Shown here piece by piece: positions 59,952 to 64,000 of a stretch of 64,000 nucleotides of DNA. Made by a program: the position numbers and the translations under genes. This stretch comes from Holosporales bacterium (GTDB lineage Bacteria; Pseudomonadota; Alphaproteobacteria; JAJTHO01), in the NCBI GenBank assembly GCA_046318675.1, contig JBKCUA010000013.1:109042-173041 (forward strand), read 5' to 3'. Position 1 is the first letter of the stretch. Each line of letters starts with the position of its first letter. The notes below the pieces were generated by a model. It made no database searches and had not been told where the DNA came from. It saw only the letters and a list, made by a program, of their open reading frames with translations.

Positions 59952-61592
59952 TTATTTGATCCATCCTTGCTGAATAGCAGTAGGAGATGGTGGGGGTGAA
60001 TCGTAGGTGCGTGCGCCGCTGAAGGGCAGTACAGGCATAGATTGGATGGGCGGACGTTGGCCGAAACCAGTACCAGCTGTTGCGGGTACTGTGGTAACAG
60101 AGTTTTGATTATAAATGCTTTGTGGCCTAGTATAGCCCGGAGGTAGCATATGAGTGGTAGATGGCATATTGCTATATAATTGCGGGCCGCCAACGCTGGC
60201 CGGGCCAGCGATACTGATATTATTGGCTACGCCGCCGTAAGCTTGACTGTAACTGCCGGGTTGCGGGGCGGGCTGAAGTGGCACAACGGGGGCGTTTTGG
60301 TAGTTGGCGATCCCTTGTGCTGCAATAGGCCCAGCAACGGCGGGGATGGAACTGCCGCCAATGGCGCCGCCATTGCCATTGGCGAAGTTGGGCTGGCGAT
60401 TAACCCCGCCAATAGGAGCACCGCTGTATTGTGCGCCAAGCCCGGCATCGGCAACACCATCAGGGCGATTGTTGAAGAATAGGGAAGGATCATTGCTGGG
60501 TACTGGCGGTGGCATACTGCGATTGCCTTCGAAGGTTCTTGGCGCGCCGGCCTGGTAAACACAGACGACGCGATCGCCATTGCGTAAGGTGAAATTGCCA
60601 ATGGCTTCGGCAACAATGATATTGCCATTTGGCCCCATGGTTCGGGTGTTGACCATACTGTCTACACCATCAACCACGCGGAAGACGACTGGACGGCGGA
60701 CGGTATCGGCTTTTTCACCGTAATCAAAATACGTCCATAGGCCATCGGTGAACGCTCGAAGGGGGGCAATCTCTACGTCGGCTGGGGTGGGGGCGTAAAT
60801 TTTTAAATCAAAGCGCAGATTGGTGGGATCAAAAGCAATGGAGCGAACAAAATCCGGTTTGGTGGGAGCAGTGCTTCCGGTGAAGGCAGTACCGCTGGGT
60901 GTGCCGGTGAGGCCACTCATGGGTTGATTCACAAAAGGCTGTCCCGTCAAGGCATTGATAGGAGTTCCGGAGCCGGGTGCCATGGGAACGGCACCAACGC
61001 TTCCCGATGCGCCGGAATTGGCGGGGTTGGCTAGAACAAATACCGTGAAATCGGTGATATTTTTGGAGTTCCATCCCTCTGAACGCAAATAAAAGTTATA
61101 TATATTGCCCGATGCGCCAATAACGGTCATGTTGGTATCGGCTCCAGGATGGGTGGGGCGGATAGCAATCATATAATCTCTACTTAGTTTTTGGGCTTCG
61201 AAAACGGTTCTGTCCCCCAGAATAACCTCTGAAATGCTCTCCCATTGCGGTAATTCAATGGTAGTTTGCATAAATTCCCGCGTTCTGATCGCCATGACGT
61301 AGTCAGGCCGCCAGACGTAGCGAACGATGCCGGGGGAAATTTGGCCACTACTGGGGGCTGGGTTGTTCCAGCTTTGTTGAATTGCTCCCAGCGGTGTTAA
61401 ATCCCGAATCATTTGGGGATAGTTGCCTTGGGACTGTTGTTGCATATCTTGTTGTGTTTGTTGAATAAAGTCAGGCTGCCCTGTGTCTGTTGGTGCCACA
61501 TTCGGATTGCCTAATGGTGGTGCAAGACCAATCTGCGCCCATGCGGGAACAGCTAAAAATAGGCTAACTATTAAGGGTAGAAACCCCTTCAT
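59952..61592 (-). CDS. virB9: type IV secretion protein VirB9 (CagX/TrbG-like) with long low-complexity C-terminal extension
   Basis: 546 aa; signal peptide; VirB9 blocks (YVWRPDY…, RPTHPGADTNMTVIGASGNIYNFYLRS); about 240-aa G/P/A/Q-rich tail. Confidence 0.8.
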   Translation of the reverse strand: MKGFLPLIVSLFLAVPAWAQIGLAPPLGNPNVAPTDTGQPDFIQQTQQDMQQQSQGNYPQMIRDLTPLGAIQQSWNNPAPSSGQISPGIVRYVWRPDYVMAIRTREFMQTTIELPQWESISEVILGDRTVFEAQKLSRDYMIAIRPTHPGADTNMTVIGASGNIYNFYLRSEGWNSKNITDFTVFVLANPANSGASGSVGAVPMAPGSGTPINALTGQPFVNQPMSGLTGTPSGTAFTGSTAPTKPDFVRSIAFDPTNLRFDLKIYAPTPADVEIAPLRAFTDGLWTYFDYGEKADTVRRPVVFRVVDGVDSMVNTRTMGPNGNIIVAEAIGNFTLRNGDRVVCVYQAGAPRTFEGNRSMPPPVPSNDPSLFFNNRPDGVADAGLGAQYSGAPIGGVNRQPNFANGNGGAIGGSSIPAVAGPIAAQGIANYQNAPVVPLQPAPQPGSYSQAYGGVANNISIAGPASVGGPQLYSNMPSTTHMLPPGYTRPQSIYNQNSVTTVPATAGTGFGQRPPIQSMPVLPFSGARTYDSPPPSPTAIQQGWIK

Positions 61593-62323
61593 CGTGCTTC
61601 CATCCGTTGATAAGTAAGCACTGTAAACCCAAGAGGGTTAAGATATTGTTCACTTAAAGACACAGCCTGTTGCCTAAAGCCAAAAGTGACGCGGGAAATC
61701 CACGATTTTCGCCCTTTGACAGTGCCGCGTTTATCAATGACTGTTATCTCAAAGTACACTTCGATTACATTGGAGCTTATCCGTTGTGTTCTAAATATCT
61801 CAACATTCTGTCCAAGATTTGCATCACGAATTTTGGGATAGACATCAGCCATTTCTTTAAGAAAGGATTCAAATTCGCGTTGTGGTACGCGGGGTCTGAT
61901 GTACTGCGTCCAGCGCCGTTGTTGTTCTTGTTCATCAAAAACAAACTCCTCACGAATTTTGACGAATTCGTTGGCCATGCTTTCTATAAGAAGTTGGAAA
62001 CCACTGGCGTCCTTGCTGATGGGCTCAATGCGTACAATCTGTTGATTTTTATCGCTGAAGGTGAGTAAAAATGGTTCTACCCGCTTTAGGGGGGTGAGGA
62101 CGCTTATGGTAAAGACCAGTACAACATTGAGCAACATACTCACGGTAAAGGCCAGCGCAAACACGCGGGTGGTGAATAGCTGGCGTTTGCCTTCTAAGGC
62201 CGGAACGCTGACATCGGCGGGGTAGGCACCTATTTTATCTTCCCCTGCATAGGGGGCAGGGCGGAGCGATTCGCCAGTATTGACGCCACCAAAAGCTGCT
62301 TTGAGTTTATCGCCCAGTCCCAT
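61589..62323 (-). CDS. virB8: type IV secretion protein VirB8
   Basis: 244 aa bitopic: cytoplasmic N-terminus, one TM, periplasmic NTF2-like domain with VirB8-like pattern; position between VirB7-like and VirB9. Confidence 0.7.
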   Translation of the reverse strand: MGLGDKLKAAFGGVNTGESLRPAPYAGEDKIGAYPADVSVPALEGKRQLFTTRVFALAFTVSMLLNVVLVFTISVLTPLKRVEPFLLTFSDKNQQIVRIEPISKDASGFQLLIESMANEFVKIREEFVFDEQEQQRRWTQYIRPRVPQREFESFLKEMADVYPKIRDANLGQNVEIFRTQRISSNVIEVYFEITVIDKRGTVKGRKSWISRVTFGFRQQAVSLSEQYLNPLGFTVLTYQRMEAR

Positions 62324-62337
62324 GAATATTCCTTATT

Positions 62338-62520
62338 CTAGGTGTTGCCAACAATAACCGTTCCCCATTGCTGGGGGACTTCAAGACAGGCGCAGGGGCT
62401 TTGTTTCAAGGCATCGGGGGCGCGGCCAATGCCTACGGGTTCCGGCACTTCTTTGCTGCCAAAAATAAAACTACAGCCTCCCAAGAGGAGAGATATTAAT
62501 AGAACAAATCCAAGCCTCAT
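62338..62520 (-). CDS. small VirB7-like lipoprotein
   Basis: 60 aa; lipobox LLGGCS; immediately upstream of virB8. Confidence 0.45.
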   Translation of the reverse strand: MRLGFVLLISLLLGGCSFIFGSKEVPEPVGIGRAPDALKQSPCACLEVPQQWGTVIVGNT

Positions 62521-62575
62521 CCCTTCGCTCCCTTTGTTGTATTAAAGGTTTGGAGTAAGTGTAGGCGTGGGAAGG

Positions 62576-63988
62576 TTACTGATTCGTTAAAATTGTCCGA
62601 ACGTCGGTCAGGTGGCCATGAATGGCGGCGGCGGCGGCCATGATGGGGCTGACAAGATGGGTGCGCCCTCCCCTGCCTTGCCTGCCTTCAAAGTTGCGGT
62701 TGGAGGTGGAGGCACAGCGTTCCCCCGGTTCCAAGCGATCGGCGTTCATGGCCAGGCACATTGAACAGCCTGGCTCCCGCCAGTCAAACCCGGCGTCGCG
62801 GAAAATTTTGTCGAGGCCTTCGCTTTCGGCTTGTTCTTTGACCAGACCAGAGCCGGGGACGACCATGGCGCGTACGCCAGTTTTGACGTGTCGGCCTTTG
62901 GCGATGCTGGCGGCGGCGCGGAGGTCTTCGATGCGGCTATTGGTGCAACTGCCAATGAACACGGTATCAATGGCGATACTGTCCAGCGAACTGCCAGGCG
63001 TAAGACCCATATATTCCAGCGATCGGGCGACTGCTTTCTGGCGACCTGAATCGTTGAAATCCGAAGGATACGGAACCTTTCCGGTAATGGGGAGGACATC
63101 CTGCGGGCTGGTGCCCCATGTGACATGAGGAGCTAGATCCGCCGCGTTTAAGGTTACTTCCCGATCAAAGACAGCATCAGTATCGCTGTGCAAGGTTTTC
63201 CAGTAGGCGACCGCTTGATCCCATAAATCCCCCTTGGGGGCGAGGGGACGACCCTTGAGGTAGGCGAAGGTTTTTTCATCCGGGGCGATAAGACCCGCCC
63301 TAGCTCCAGCCTCAATGGCCATGTTGCAAATGGTCATCCGTTCTTCCATGGATAACCCGCGAATGGCGGAGCCGGCAAACTCCAAGACATAGCCGGTGCC
63401 GCCCGCTGTGCCGATAGTACCGATAATAGCAAGGACGATATCCTTCGCGGTGACGCCAAGACCCAAGGTTCCGTCTACCGTGATCCGCATATTCTTGGCT
63501 GGTTTTTGCAACAACGTCTGAGTGGCCAGAACGTGCTCAACCTCAGAGGTACCAATACCAAAAGCTAACGCCCCAAACGCGCCGTGGGTCGAGGTGTGGC
63601 TGTCGCCGCAGACAATAGTGGTACCGGGTAAGGTAAACCCCTGTTCCGGACCGATAACGTGGACAATGCCCTGCCGTTTATCATCCATGCCAAAACAGGT
63701 TATTCCAAACTCGGCGGCATTGTGCATCAGGGTATCCACCTGAAGCTTTGATTCTGGATCGGCAATGCCCTTGACCCGGCCCTCGGTGGGGACGTTGTGA
63801 TCGGGCACGGCCAGCGTGGCCTTGGGTGCGCGCACCTTGCGACCGGAAAGTCTCAACCCTTCAAAGGCTTGAGGGCTGGTCACTTCGTGCACCAGATGGC
63901 GATCAATGTACAGAATGGTGGTGCCGTCGTCTTGAGCATGAACAACGTGGGCGTTCCAGATTTTATCAAACAGTGTCTGTGCGGGCAT
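62576..63988 (-). CDS. leuC: 3-isopropylmalate dehydratase large subunit
   Basis: 470 aa aconitase-family; Fe-S cysteine ligands and conserved LeuC blocks. Confidence 0.9.
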   Translation of the reverse strand: MPAQTLFDKIWNAHVVHAQDDGTTILYIDRHLVHEVTSPQAFEGLRLSGRKVRAPKATLAVPDHNVPTEGRVKGIADPESKLQVDTLMHNAAEFGITCFGMDDKRQGIVHVIGPEQGFTLPGTTIVCGDSHTSTHGAFGALAFGIGTSEVEHVLATQTLLQKPAKNMRITVDGTLGLGVTAKDIVLAIIGTIGTAGGTGYVLEFAGSAIRGLSMEERMTICNMAIEAGARAGLIAPDEKTFAYLKGRPLAPKGDLWDQAVAYWKTLHSDTDAVFDREVTLNAADLAPHVTWGTSPQDVLPITGKVPYPSDFNDSGRQKAVARSLEYMGLTPGSSLDSIAIDTVFIGSCTNSRIEDLRAAASIAKGRHVKTGVRAMVVPGSGLVKEQAESEGLDKIFRDAGFDWREPGCSMCLAMNADRLEPGERCASTSNRNFEGRQGRGGRTHLVSPIMAAAAAIHGHLTDVRTILTNQ

Positions 63989-64000
63989 AGAGGGGTATTA

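Noticed and set aside
1-64000. Search for tmRNA, RNase P RNA, SRP RNA and tRNA genes in intergenic regions
   Set aside because: No cloverleaf-compatible segments or the conserved 4.5S or RNase P core motifs were spotted by eye. This cannot be excluded without Infernal or tRNAscan.

Overview
Alphaproteobacterial chromosomal window at about 50% GC, annotated from the ORF-track translations. It holds about 65 tightly packed protein genes, mostly housekeeping. Recognisable genes include mrcA, a nuoE-like gene, rppH, pyrD, smpB, rpmB, a class I lysK, hemF, an msbA-like ABC exporter, trxA, a Porin_2-type porin, dapF, purK, hldE, radA, trpF, slt, ispE, glyA, gmk and ruvX. The origin-proximal mnmG-rsmG-parA-parB block lies at 34.6-39.4 kb, followed by aat, hslO, argF, argD, gcvH, pgsA, rsmB and aroB. 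No rRNA, tRNA, CRISPR array, integrase or transposase was found. The last 13 kb (51.0-62.5 kb) carries a partial, split type IV secretion system on the minus strand: virB7-like lipoprotein, virB8, virB9, a 452-aa lipoprotein, virB10, virB11 and virD4, then a 680-aa membrane-anchored pseudokinase-like protein and a small 4-TM protein. The missing virB2-B6 and the split layout recall the Rickettsiales rvh system, and the accessory proteins appear undescribed; this is the main candidate novel system. Other observations are an orphan fliQ-fliR pair beside it, two AT-rich intergenic regions carrying perfect DnaA boxes (48.8-49.1 kb with a box cluster; 11.9-12.5 kb with a ~130-bp G/C-armed palindrome), a near-identical ~140-bp structured repeat in two copies 16 kb apart, and a 148-bp element with perfect 17-bp terminal inverted repeats. 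All calls rest on sequence motifs and remembered family knowledge; no database search was run.
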